This document shows, piece after piece, positions 16,287 to 24,608 of a DNA stretch of 64,000 bases; positions within the stretch are counted from its first letter, which is position 1; every line of letters begins with the position of its first letter. This DNA comes from Bacteroidales bacterium (GTDB lineage: Bacteria; Bacteroidota; Bacteroidia; Bacteroidales; WRGA01), in NCBI GenBank assembly GCA_031553395.1, contig JAVBLR010000008.1:50486-114485 (forward strand), written 5' to 3'. The notes beneath the pieces are model-generated. The model saw only the letters and a list, made by a program, of their open reading frames with translations. It ran no database searches and was not told the origin of the DNA. The position numbers and the translations under genes are program-made.

Positions 16287-17312
16287 ATGAAACAATTCAC
16301 ATTTTCAGTATTATTTATCCTTCTAGGATTAAGTGTTTTTGGACAAGAAAAGAAAGACGATTTTAAGATCACGGGAAGTCCTATTGTTACAGTTTATACA
16401 AATTATCATGCCGGACTCGGTGAAAGTAATGGGATTTCGGGGTTTGAAATTACACGCGCTTATTTGGGTTATCAGGCACAATTATTGCCATCATTAAGCG
16501 CAAAAATAGTAGTCGATGCAGGAGTTTCACCTGCCGAAAGCCTTATGGCCGCACAAAAAAGAGAAGTTTATTTAAAGAATGCACAATTGACGTGGAAAGA
16601 ACAAAACCTGACTATTAATGGAGGGTTGACCGGGTTGCTGCAATTCAACGTACAGGAAAAATTCTGGGGACACCGTTATATAGCTCAATCTTTTCAGGAT
16701 TTATACAAAATGGGTTCAAGTGCAGACTTAGGTGTTACTGCCGAATATCAGTTTATTCCGCAACTTTCGGCAGATTTCAGTTTTACAAACGGTGAAGGTT
16801 ATAAGAATATCAATACCGACAATAAGTACCGTACTGGATTAGGTATAACTATTAAACCAATTCCAAGCTTGACAATCAGGGCTTATGGAGATATTTTCCA
16901 ACAATCTTTAGCCGAAAAAACGAATCCGGATACTTACAAAACCCAACAAACATTAGCCTTATTCGGGGGATATAAATGTAAATATTTTTCGTTGGGTGCA
17001 GAATATAACTATCAGAAGAACAGCGCATGGAAAGATAGGAACAATTATTATGGATACTCTGTTTATACTACAGTACCCATTAATAAAAAATGGCATGTCT
17101 TTGGCAGATATGATAATATCGATTCTGATGACAAGGATTCCAATAAATGGATTAGCTTCACAGGCGATTTGGTTATAGTAGGTGTAGAATTTTCTCCGAT
17201 TAAGAACATAAAAATCTCTCCAAATTACAAATTTGTTAAGGATTATGACACAAAATTATTAGCTCACAATAACTCGAATTGGGCATATTTGAATGTTGAA
17301 TTTACCTGGTAA
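16287..17312 (+). CDS. Outer-membrane beta-barrel porin, probably phosphate-regulated
   Basis: The protein has a signal peptide, alternating beta-strand pattern and an aromatic C-terminus 'YLNVEFTW'. It sits behind a Pho-box-like site directly upstream of pstS. Confidence 0.6.
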   Translation: MKQFTFSVLFILLGLSVFGQEKKDDFKITGSPIVTVYTNYHAGLGESNGISGFEITRAYLGYQAQLLPSLSAKIVVDAGVSPAESLMAAQKREVYLKNAQLTWKEQNLTINGGLTGLLQFNVQEKFWGHRYIAQSFQDLYKMGSSADLGVTAEYQFIPQLSADFSFTNGEGYKNINTDNKYRTGLGITIKPIPSLTIRAYGDIFQQSLAEKTNPDTYKTQQTLALFGGYKCKYFSLGAEYNYQKNSAWKDRNNYYGYSVYTTVPINKKWHVFGRYDNIDSDDKDSNKWISFTGDLVIVGVEFSPIKNIKISPNYKFVKDYDTKLLAHNNSNWAYLNVEFTW

Positions 17313-17315
17313 ATT

Positions 17316-17410
17316 TTGTTATTGGTTATTTGTTATTTGTTATTTGTTATTTGCGATTGATCATATAAATTCATTTAATAACAAATAACTGACAACCAAT
17401 AACCAAACAA
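17316..17410. repeat. Low-complexity intergenic hairpin (gttatttgttat / ataacaaataac word family)
   Basis: The left arm is 'ttgttattggttatttgttatttgttatttgttatttg' (C-free, containing gttattt x4). The right arm is 'aataacaaataactgacaaccaataaccaaacaa'. The arms are imperfectly complementary. Confidence 0.7.
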
Positions 17411-17468
17411 GCTTAACAAAATTGTAACATTTTCGAAATTATATTGTTACAAACCAACAATATTTTTG
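17411..17468 (+). promoter_or_regulatory. Tandem Pho boxes (four 7-mers at 11-bp phase) plus -7 box TAttTTTG for pstS
   Basis: The repeats read GCTTAAC-aaaa-TTGTAAC-attt-TCGAAAT-tata-TTGTTAC (17411-17450). An exact TAnnTTTG follows at 17461-17468, and the pstS ATG is at 17507. Confidence 0.6.
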
Positions 17469-17506
17469 TACCGAAATTAATAGAGTATTTAAAATCAGAT
17501 TAAAAA

Positions 17507-18559
17507 ATGAAAAAGTTAATATTTCTTTGTGTAATTGCAATGTTTGCTTTTGTTAGCTGTAAAAAAGAAGCGAAAAACGATGCAGGTGTATCTGCAGAAA
17601 AAGTAGATTTATCAGGAGCAGGAGCAACTTTTCCTCAACCTTTCTATAACATTGTATTCAAAGCTTATACCGAAAAAACAGGTAATAATGTTACTTACGG
17701 AGGAATCGGAAGTGGCGGCGGTATTCGCAGCTTGACCGATAAAACCGTAGATTTCGGCGCTTCAGATGCATATCTTTCAGAAGAAGAATTAAAGGCAATG
17801 GGTGCAGATGTAGTTCATATTCCTACTTGTATGGGGGCTGTGGTTGTATCTTATAATTTGAAAGATGTAAAAGGATTAAAACTTACAGGCGAATTAATTT
17901 CCGATATTTATTTGGGAAAAATAACCAAATGGAATGATGCAAAAATCAAAGCAGTAAATCCGGATTTGAATTTGCCTAATAAATCTATCACTCCTGTTTA
18001 CCGTTCGGATGGTAGTGGAACTACATTCGTATTCACCGATTATTTGACAAAAATAAGTCCGGAGTGGGCTTCGAAAATGGGAGCCGGAAAATCTTTGAAA
18101 TGGCCTACTGGTATTGCTTCGAAAGGAAATCCGGGAGTTGCAGGTTCTGTATCTCAAACCGAAGGTTCAATCGGATATATCGGTTCGGAATATGCATTGG
18201 CATTGAATATTCCTATTGCTTCATTGCAAAACAGTGCAGGTAATTTTATGGAACCAAATGCTGAAACAATTTCAGCAGCAGCTAATACCGACCTTCCTGC
18301 CGATATGCGTACAATGGTTACCAATTCTCCTGATGCAAACGCTTATCCAATCAGTTGTTTTACTTGGATTATCGTTTACAAAAACCAGGCTTATAATAAT
18401 AGAAGCCAAGCTCAGGCTGATGCAATGGTTGGATTATTGGATTATATAACAAGCCCTGACGGACAAGGTGTAGCAAGCAAAATCCATTATGCTCCGCTTC
18501 CTGCAAAAGCACTGGATAATGCGAAAAATATTATCAAATCGATTACGTATTCAAAGTAA
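17507..18559 (+). CDS. pstS: Phosphate ABC transporter substrate-binding lipoprotein PstS
   Basis: The lipobox is 'FVSCKK'. PstS-family blocks 'GAGATFP', 'YGGIGSGGG' and 'YRSDGSGTT' are present. It is the first gene of the pst cluster. Confidence 0.9.
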   Translation: MKKLIFLCVIAMFAFVSCKKEAKNDAGVSAEKVDLSGAGATFPQPFYNIVFKAYTEKTGNNVTYGGIGSGGGIRSLTDKTVDFGASDAYLSEEELKAMGADVVHIPTCMGAVVVSYNLKDVKGLKLTGELISDIYLGKITKWNDAKIKAVNPDLNLPNKSITPVYRSDGSGTTFVFTDYLTKISPEWASKMGAGKSLKWPTGIASKGNPGVAGSVSQTEGSIGYIGSEYALALNIPIASLQNSAGNFMEPNAETISAAANTDLPADMRTMVTNSPDANAYPISCFTWIIVYKNQAYNNRSQAQADAMVGLLDYITSPDGQGVASKIHYAPLPAKALDNAKNIIKSITYSK

Positions 18560-18643
18560 AAAGTAAAAGGTAAAAGGTAAAAGTGGTTCATTTTGAATTT
18601 TCTTTTACTTTTTACCTTTTACTTTTTTACCTTTTTTACTTTT
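18554..18643. repeat. Low-complexity intercistronic hairpin (aaaggtaaaag word family) between pstS and pstC
   Basis: The left arm 'aagtaaaaagtaaaaggtaaaaggtaaaagtgg' is C-free. The right arm 'cttttactttttaccttttacttttttaccttttttactttt' is G-free. Confidence 0.75.
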
Positions 18644-18647
18644 CTTT

Positions 18648-19502
18648 ATGAAAGACAAAATATTCAGATCACTTCTTTTTCTTGCTGCATGTTTGGTTTT
18701 ATTTCTTGCTGCAGGAATATTATATGCCTTGATTACTCAATCGTTGGACGCTTTCAGGCACTTTGGGGTGGTTGATTTTGTCACAACTTCGGATTGGGAC
18801 CCGCGTGAAGGCGAAGAAAAATATGGCGCTCTTTCATTTATTTCGGGGACACTACTTACAGCATTATTGGCATTGTTATTTTGTATTCCTTTTTCTTTGC
18901 CTGTAGCATTATTTAACGGGGAATATTTTAAAGGTAAAAAGATTGCAACTTTTGTTAGTTCTGTTGTTGATTTATTGGCCGGAATTCCTTCTATTGTTTA
19001 CGGATTATGGGGATTTTACACGTTGCGCCCATTGATTGTTTCATTGGGATTAAACGAACAGGGCTTTGGTATTCTTACAGCCTCTATCGTTTTAGCAATT
19101 ATGATAGTTCCTTATGCTTCTTCATTAAGTACAGAGTTTATTTCGATGGTTTCCAACGATTTGAAAGAAGGCGCATACAGTCTTGGAGCAACGAATTTGG
19201 AAGTAATTAGAAGAGTTAGTTTACCAATGGCCGGTTCCGGAATTTTTGCAGCATACATTCTGGCATTGGGAAGAGCTTTAGGGGAAACAATGGCCGTTAC
19301 CATGCTTATCGGAAATACCAATGATATTCCGAGTAGCATTGTAGACACAGGAAATACAATGGCAAGTATTATTGCCAACCAATTTGGCGAAGCAAGTGGA
19401 TTGAAGTTAAGCTCTTTGATTGCTATCGGATTGTTATTATTTATGATAACGGCCGGAATCAATTCAATCGCCAAATTGATAATGAAAAGAATTACAGCGT
19501 AA
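18648..19502 (+). CDS. pstC: Phosphate ABC transporter permease PstC
   Basis: This is a six-TM permease with the EAA loop 'EGAYSLGATNLEVIRRVSLP'. Its position after pstS supports the call. Confidence 0.85.
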   Translation: MKDKIFRSLLFLAACLVLFLAAGILYALITQSLDAFRHFGVVDFVTTSDWDPREGEEKYGALSFISGTLLTALLALLFCIPFSLPVALFNGEYFKGKKIATFVSSVVDLLAGIPSIVYGLWGFYTLRPLIVSLGLNEQGFGILTASIVLAIMIVPYASSLSTEFISMVSNDLKEGAYSLGATNLEVIRRVSLPMAGSGIFAAYILALGRALGETMAVTMLIGNTNDIPSSIVDTGNTMASIIANQFGEASGLKLSSLIAIGLLLFMITAGINSIAKLIMKRITA

Positions 19503-19503
19503 G

Positions 19504-20373
19504 ATGAATTTCAAATCAAGCATAAAATATCGTACAACAGCTGATAAAACCTTTTTCGGAGTTATTTGCTTTTTTGCAGCATTAACAATGATTCCACTTT
19601 TTCTCATTTTATGGGAATTGTTAAAAAAAGGGTATAAACAGTTTAATATTAACTTATTTACCGAAGTTGCTCCAACTTCTATGGATGCCATGTTGGCAAA
19701 AATGAGTTCGGAAGCAATTCCCGGAGGTGTATTGAACGGTATTACCGGAGGCTTATTGATTATCCTGTTGGCAATTGTTATTGCTATTCCAATTGGGATT
19801 TTAGCCGGAGTATATTTGGCTGATAAACCCAAAACCTTCTTTTCGGGATTAATCCGTTATTTAACCGATTTGATTCAGGGAACACCTTCCATAGTTGTCG
19901 GAATTATTGCTTATGCATGGGTAGTTAAGCCTTTGCATTCTTATTCGGCATTAGCGGGAAGTGTTGCTTTAGCAATTATGATGATGCCGCTGGTTATACG
20001 TTCGACCGAAGAAACACTGAAAATGCTTCCTGTAAGTTTAAAAGAAGCAGGCTTAGCATTAGGTGCGTCTTACACGAATGTAGTATTGAAAATATTATTA
20101 CCTTCGGCCTTCGGAGGTCTATTTACCGGAATATTGCTTGCTATATCGCGCATTATGGGAGAAACAGCGCCATTAATGCTAACTGCCTTAGGCGCATCCA
20201 TGATAAATTGGGATATATACAAGCCAACCAGTTCTATTCCGTTGTTAATTTGGGAATTTTACAACGACCCCAATTTAGTGGATTTAGTATGGTCATCGTC
20301 CTTACTTTTATTAGTAATAATTTTAACGTTGAACCTAACCGCCAAGAGCATTGCACGTAGGTGGAAAATTTAG
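19504..20373 (+). CDS. pstA: Phosphate ABC transporter permease PstA
   Basis: The EAA loop is 'KEAGLALGASYTNVVLKILLP'. The gene starts 1 nt after the pstC stop. Confidence 0.85.
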   Translation: MNFKSSIKYRTTADKTFFGVICFFAALTMIPLFLILWELLKKGYKQFNINLFTEVAPTSMDAMLAKMSSEAIPGGVLNGITGGLLIILLAIVIAIPIGILAGVYLADKPKTFFSGLIRYLTDLIQGTPSIVVGIIAYAWVVKPLHSYSALAGSVALAIMMMPLVIRSTEETLKMLPVSLKEAGLALGASYTNVVLKILLPSAFGGLFTGILLAISRIMGETAPLMLTALGASMINWDIYKPTSSIPLLIWEFYNDPNLVDLVWSSSLLLLVIILTLNLTAKSIARRWKI

Positions 20374-20446
20374 ATATTGGCTTCGCCGTTTTATGCTAAT
20401 AACTAACAACAAAAATAACTGATAACAAATAATATAACAGTTACTA

Positions 20447-21223
20447 ATGGATAATAGTACAAATGAAGGGTATTTTCTCGAACTGAAAAATGTGTGTGTA
20501 TCTTACTCGCCGGGAAAAAATGCGGTAAATGATGTAAGTGCAGGCATTAATAAACATACGATTACGGCTATTATGGGTCCTTCGGGATGTGGAAAAAGTA
20601 CATTATTGAGGGCAATCAACCGAATGCACGAACTTTATCCGAATATCGAAACAAAAGGAGAGATTCTGCTGAAAGGAAAAAACGTACTGAAAATGAATCC
20701 AATGGAAGTACGCCGAATGGCCGGAATGGTTTTTCAACGTCCTAATCCTTTTCCGACGATGAGTATTTATGAAAATGTAATTGCCGGATATAAATTAAAT
20801 GGTATCAGCCTGAAAAAAAGCGAAAAAGACGAAATTGTTGAAACAAGCTTGAAAAACGTTGCGCTTTGGGATGAAGTGAAAGACTCTATGACAAAAAAAG
20901 GGTCTTTCCTTTCAGGCGGACAACAGCAACGGCTTTGCATCGCCCGTGCGTTGGCTTTGAAACCCGAGCTTTTACTAATGGATGAACCAACTTCGGCATT
21001 AGACCCGATTTCAACCAATCGTATCGAAGAATTGTTACTTGAATTGAAAGAACAATTTACGATTGTAATTGTAACTCATAATATGTCGCAAGCTGCCCGG
21101 ATATCAGACCATTCGATGTTTATGTATTTAGGAGACTTAGTAGAATACGATACAACAAAACAAATGTTTACCAAACCAAAAGACAAACGCACCGAGGATT
21201 ATCTAACAGGAGTATTCGGATAA
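20447..21223 (+). CDS. pstB: Phosphate ABC transporter ATP-binding protein PstB
   Basis: The ABC motifs are Walker A 'GPSGCGKST', signature 'LSGGQQQRL' and Walker B 'LLLMDEPTSALD'. The PstB-type tail 'TEDYLTGVFG' is present. Confidence 0.9.
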   Translation: MDNSTNEGYFLELKNVCVSYSPGKNAVNDVSAGINKHTITAIMGPSGCGKSTLLRAINRMHELYPNIETKGEILLKGKNVLKMNPMEVRRMAGMVFQRPNPFPTMSIYENVIAGYKLNGISLKKSEKDEIVETSLKNVALWDEVKDSMTKKGSFLSGGQQQRLCIARALALKPELLLMDEPTSALDPISTNRIEELLLELKEQFTIVIVTHNMSQAARISDHSMFMYLGDLVEYDTTKQMFTKPKDKRTEDYLTGVFG

Positions 21224-21227
21224 TTAT

Positions 21228-21332
21228 AATTAAGAATTAAGAGTTAAGAATTAAGAGTTAAAAAAACAATTGGTTCTTATCTAATTAGTTCTTAGAATTT
21301 CAACTTTTAATTTTTAACTCTTAACTCTTAAC
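21228..21332. repeat. Low-complexity intergenic hairpin (aattaagagttaag word family) between pstB and phoU
   Basis: The left arm 'aattaagaattaagagttaagaattaagagttaa' is C-free. The right arm 'ttttaatttttaactcttaactcttaac' is G-free. Confidence 0.75.
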
Positions 21333-21338
21333 ATTAAA

Positions 21339-22016
21339 GTGACTTCAATAAAATCAAAATATTTAGACCAATTGATGAATGATTTTCAGCTTTTGTCTGA
21401 AATTGTTCTTTCCCAAATAAGTGTAACTCATAACTTGTTATTGTCCAAGGAAGAACCTAACCCGGAAATATATGAGGGTGTGGAACGCAATGAAATTATC
21501 ATTGATGGGCTGGATGTCAAAATAAGAGAAGAAGTAATTAATGCAACGCTTCTTTTTACGCCTCGTGCTACAGATTTACGGAAAATAATTGCTTATCACG
21601 ATATGACAATCTATCTCGAACGGATAGGTGATTTGATACTGAATGTTGCTCATTTTACCAAAAGGATGGATTTGAATTTATCTGAATTTGATGCATTTAA
21701 AGGATTGATTGATAAAATGTTGAATCATGTCGAAAAGATGGTACGAAATGCTGTTATTGCTTTTTCCTGCGAAGATAATTCAATCGCTTACAAAACTATT
21801 TCAACAGATGATAAAGTAGATGAATTGTTTAAGGAAGTTACGGAGAAATTGGCGGAAGTATTCAAAAACCGTCCACTATCGGAACAGGAGCTGAAGAATA
21901 TTATGAGTATCAACAGTATTTCCTACAATATCGAACGAATTGGCGATAATGCAACAAATATTGCAGAATCAGCGATTTATTTAACAGACGGAAAAGATAT
22001 AAGGCATAGCCATTAA
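21339..22016 (+). CDS. phoU: Phosphate signalling complex protein PhoU
   Basis: Two PhoU repeats each carry the 'ERIGD' motif ('YLERIGDLILNVA', 'NIERIGDNATNIA'). The start is uncertain: GTG at 21339 or ATG at 21375. Confidence 0.85.
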   Translation: MTSIKSKYLDQLMNDFQLLSEIVLSQISVTHNLLLSKEEPNPEIYEGVERNEIIIDGLDVKIREEVINATLLFTPRATDLRKIIAYHDMTIYLERIGDLILNVAHFTKRMDLNLSEFDAFKGLIDKMLNHVEKMVRNAVIAFSCEDNSIAYKTISTDDKVDELFKEVTEKLAEVFKNRPLSEQELKNIMSINSISYNIERIGDNATNIAESAIYLTDGKDIRHSH

Positions 22017-22020
22017 CAAA

Positions 22021-22111
22021 TGTTATTGGTTACTTATTCACTTCGTTCATGTTATAAGTTATTTGTTTACATTTATGAAATCCAATAACAAATAACAGAT
22101 AACAAATAACA
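22021..22111. repeat. Low-complexity intergenic hairpin (gttatttgtt / aacaaataac family) between phoU and the response regulator
   Basis: 'tgttattgg' (22021-22029) and 'gttataagttatttgttt' (22051-22068) are complementary to 'ccaataacaaataacagataacaaataaca' (22082-22111). Confidence 0.65.
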
Positions 22112-22118
22112 CACAAAT

Positions 22119-22802
22119 ATGAATACAGCAAAATTATTAATAGTCGATGACGAAGCCGATATTCGGGAAATATTGGAATTTAATCTTAAAAATGAAGGTT
22201 TTGATGTCGATACGGCATCTTCGGCTGAAGAAGCATTAAAAATTCTTTCGCCCGAACATCATTTGATTATTTTGGATGTGATGATGGGAGGAATGTCGGG
22301 TTTCAGAATGGCCGAAAGACTTCGGAAAGAAGCTAATTTTACTCCTATTATTTTCCTTACGGCAAGAGATACCGAAAATGATATGCTTACAGGTTTTTCA
22401 ACAGGCGGAGATGATTATATCGCCAAACCTTTCTCTATCAAAGAAGTTTCGGCAAGGGTAAAAGCTGTATTAAAAAGAACGGAAAGCCAAACAAGCATCG
22501 AAAAAGAACCGATATTGATTGTTGACGGATTAAAAGTTGATTCGGAATTAAAACAAGTAACAATCGATGATACGCCAGTTACATTAACCAAAAAAGAATT
22601 TGAAATTCTAAAATTGTTAATGAAAAATCCATCACGCATCTATACCCGTGAAGAAATTCTGGATAAAATATGGAAAGAAGACGGTTATGTTTTGGAACGA
22701 ACTGTGGATGTCCATATTACCCGACTGAGAAAAAAACTCGGCGAATATGGAAATTATATTGTAAATCGTTCTGGATATGGATATTGTTTTAAAAGCAGTT
22801 AG
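22119..22802 (+). CDS. phoB: OmpR/PhoB-family response regulator
   Basis: The REC domain shows 'LLIVDDEADIRE' and 'ILDVMMGGMSG'. The winged-helix output domain shows 'RTVDVHITRLRKKL'. The symbol is assigned from its position after pstSCAB-phoU. Confidence 0.6.
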   Translation: MNTAKLLIVDDEADIREILEFNLKNEGFDVDTASSAEEALKILSPEHHLIILDVMMGGMSGFRMAERLRKEANFTPIIFLTARDTENDMLTGFSTGGDDYIAKPFSIKEVSARVKAVLKRTESQTSIEKEPILIVDGLKVDSELKQVTIDDTPVTLTKKEFEILKLLMKNPSRIYTREEILDKIWKEDGYVLERTVDVHITRLRKKLGEYGNYIVNRSGYGYCFKSS

Positions 22803-22847
22803 AGGCCAATTGCTCTATTATTCGTCTAACTACTAAAAATAAACATC

Positions 22848-24584
22848 ATGAAACTAAGTTATAAAAAAAGGACTTTCATCTATACATTTCTCATTCTTGC
22901 TTTATTTACTGCAGGAATGATTATTGTAGAACAAAACCGTGAAAAATTTTACAAAACCGAAGGGTTGGAGGCATCGTTGAATGATTATGCCAATATTATT
23001 CATAAGTATATTAAACATAATGATTTAACGAATAATAATATTGATTCATTAAAAACATTGATGCCAATGTTTCCCGAAAATATTCGTGTCACAGTCATAA
23101 AGGAAGATGGCAACGTAATGTTCGATAATGATTTTTCAAATCCTCAAGAATTGGAAAACCATAAGGAACGCCCCGAAATAAAAAAGGCTTTAATCAATAA
23201 CTTCGGAACAAATATCCGTAATTCATCTTCTACCCATACCGAATATTTGTATTATGCGCGGCACTATGAAAATTATTTTGTACGGGTTGCTTTGCCTTAT
23301 GATATTCAGGTAAAGGCATTTATGAAGTCGGATAATGTTTTCTTATATATCATTATCATTTTGTTTGTTATTGTAATTATTGCTTTAAATTATATCCTGA
23401 ATCGTTTTAACAAGTCAATTTCTCAGTTAAAGGATTTTGTCCTTTCAGCTCAAAGTGGCAATCCTATTCCCGAAAATATTTCTTTTCCGAATGATGAATT
23501 GGGCGAAATTGCAACAAGTGTCGTAAAAGTATACAAACAAGAAGAAGAAAATAAGAAGAAAATTGCTATAGAAAGAGAAAAACTACTGCAACATTTTCAT
23601 TATTCGAAAGAGGGATTATGTTTTTTTACCCGAAAAAGAAAAAAGGTATATGCCAATACTCATTTTATACAATTACTGAATGTTATCATTGACAAACCAA
23701 CTTTTAATCCGGAATGTATTTTCGAAGAGGAGGCTTTTAAAGATGTGCAGGAATTTTTGAAAAATCCGAAAAAAGAATCATTGTATACCACGAAAATAAC
23801 CCGTAATGGTTATCATTTCAGCATACATGTTTTCATTTTTGATGATGGAAGTTTCGAGGTTACAATCCATGATATTACAAAATTGGAAAAAACCCGTTTG
23901 CTCAAGCAGGAAATGACCAATAATATTGCACATGAACTTCGTACACCTGTTACAAGCATTCGTGCATTTCTCGAAACATTGATGGAAAAGAAGGATATTG
24001 ATGAAGAAAAACGTAATTTCTTCTTGAACAGGGCACATTCTCAGATTGTACGTTTGTCAGAGTTAATACAAGATATTAGCCTGATTACAAAAACGGAAGA
24101 AGCTCCCGACCGTTTCAATATGGAAAAAGTGCAAATAAAACCTTTATTGGATGAACTCAAAAATGATCTGGAAATGACACTTTCGACACATCATATTACG
24201 CTGGGGTTTGATGTATCGGAGAAAGTTGAAGTGAATGGAAACCGGACGTTGCTTTATTCCATTTTCCGGAATTTGGTTGATAATTCGATACGCCACGGTG
24301 GAGACAACATCAACATCTTCATCAATAATTATACTGAAAACTCCGAATACTACTATTTCTCCTATTATGATACGGGAAAAGGCGTAGATGAAATTCATCT
24401 AAATCGGTTATTCGAACGTTTTTATCGTGTAAACGAAGGCCGTACACGCGATACCGGCGGCTCTGGATTAGGACTTTCTATCGTAAAAAATGCAATCCTT
24501 TTCCATAAAGGTGAAATCGTTGCCAAAAACCGTCCGGAAGGCGGATTAGAGTTTCTGTTTACATTGAAGAAAGTACAAGGATAG
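22848..24584 (+). CDS. phoR: Sensor histidine kinase, PhoR-like
   Basis: Two TM segments are followed by HisKA 'NIAHELRTPVTSI' and HATPase boxes 'NLVDNSIRHG', 'DTGKGV' and 'GGSGLGLSIV'. The symbol is assigned by context. Confidence 0.6.
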   Translation: MKLSYKKRTFIYTFLILALFTAGMIIVEQNREKFYKTEGLEASLNDYANIIHKYIKHNDLTNNNIDSLKTLMPMFPENIRVTVIKEDGNVMFDNDFSNPQELENHKERPEIKKALINNFGTNIRNSSSTHTEYLYYARHYENYFVRVALPYDIQVKAFMKSDNVFLYIIIILFVIVIIALNYILNRFNKSISQLKDFVLSAQSGNPIPENISFPNDELGEIATSVVKVYKQEEENKKKIAIEREKLLQHFHYSKEGLCFFTRKRKKVYANTHFIQLLNVIIDKPTFNPECIFEEEAFKDVQEFLKNPKKESLYTTKITRNGYHFSIHVFIFDDGSFEVTIHDITKLEKTRLLKQEMTNNIAHELRTPVTSIRAFLETLMEKKDIDEEKRNFFLNRAHSQIVRLSELIQDISLITKTEEAPDRFNMEKVQIKPLLDELKNDLEMTLSTHHITLGFDVSEKVEVNGNRTLLYSIFRNLVDNSIRHGGDNINIFINNYTENSEYYYFSYYDTGKGVDEIHLNRLFERFYRVNEGRTRDTGGSGLGLSIVKNAILFHKGEIVAKNRPEGGLEFLFTLKKVQG

Positions 24585-24608
24585 TGAATGTGAGATTTTT
24601 TTTTCAAT

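Noticed and set aside
17323-17353. The heptamer microsatellite (gttattt x4) was considered as a slipped-strand phase-variation tract.
   Set aside because: It is intergenic, forms one arm of a larger hairpin and is not positioned between -33/-7 promoter elements or inside a coding region.
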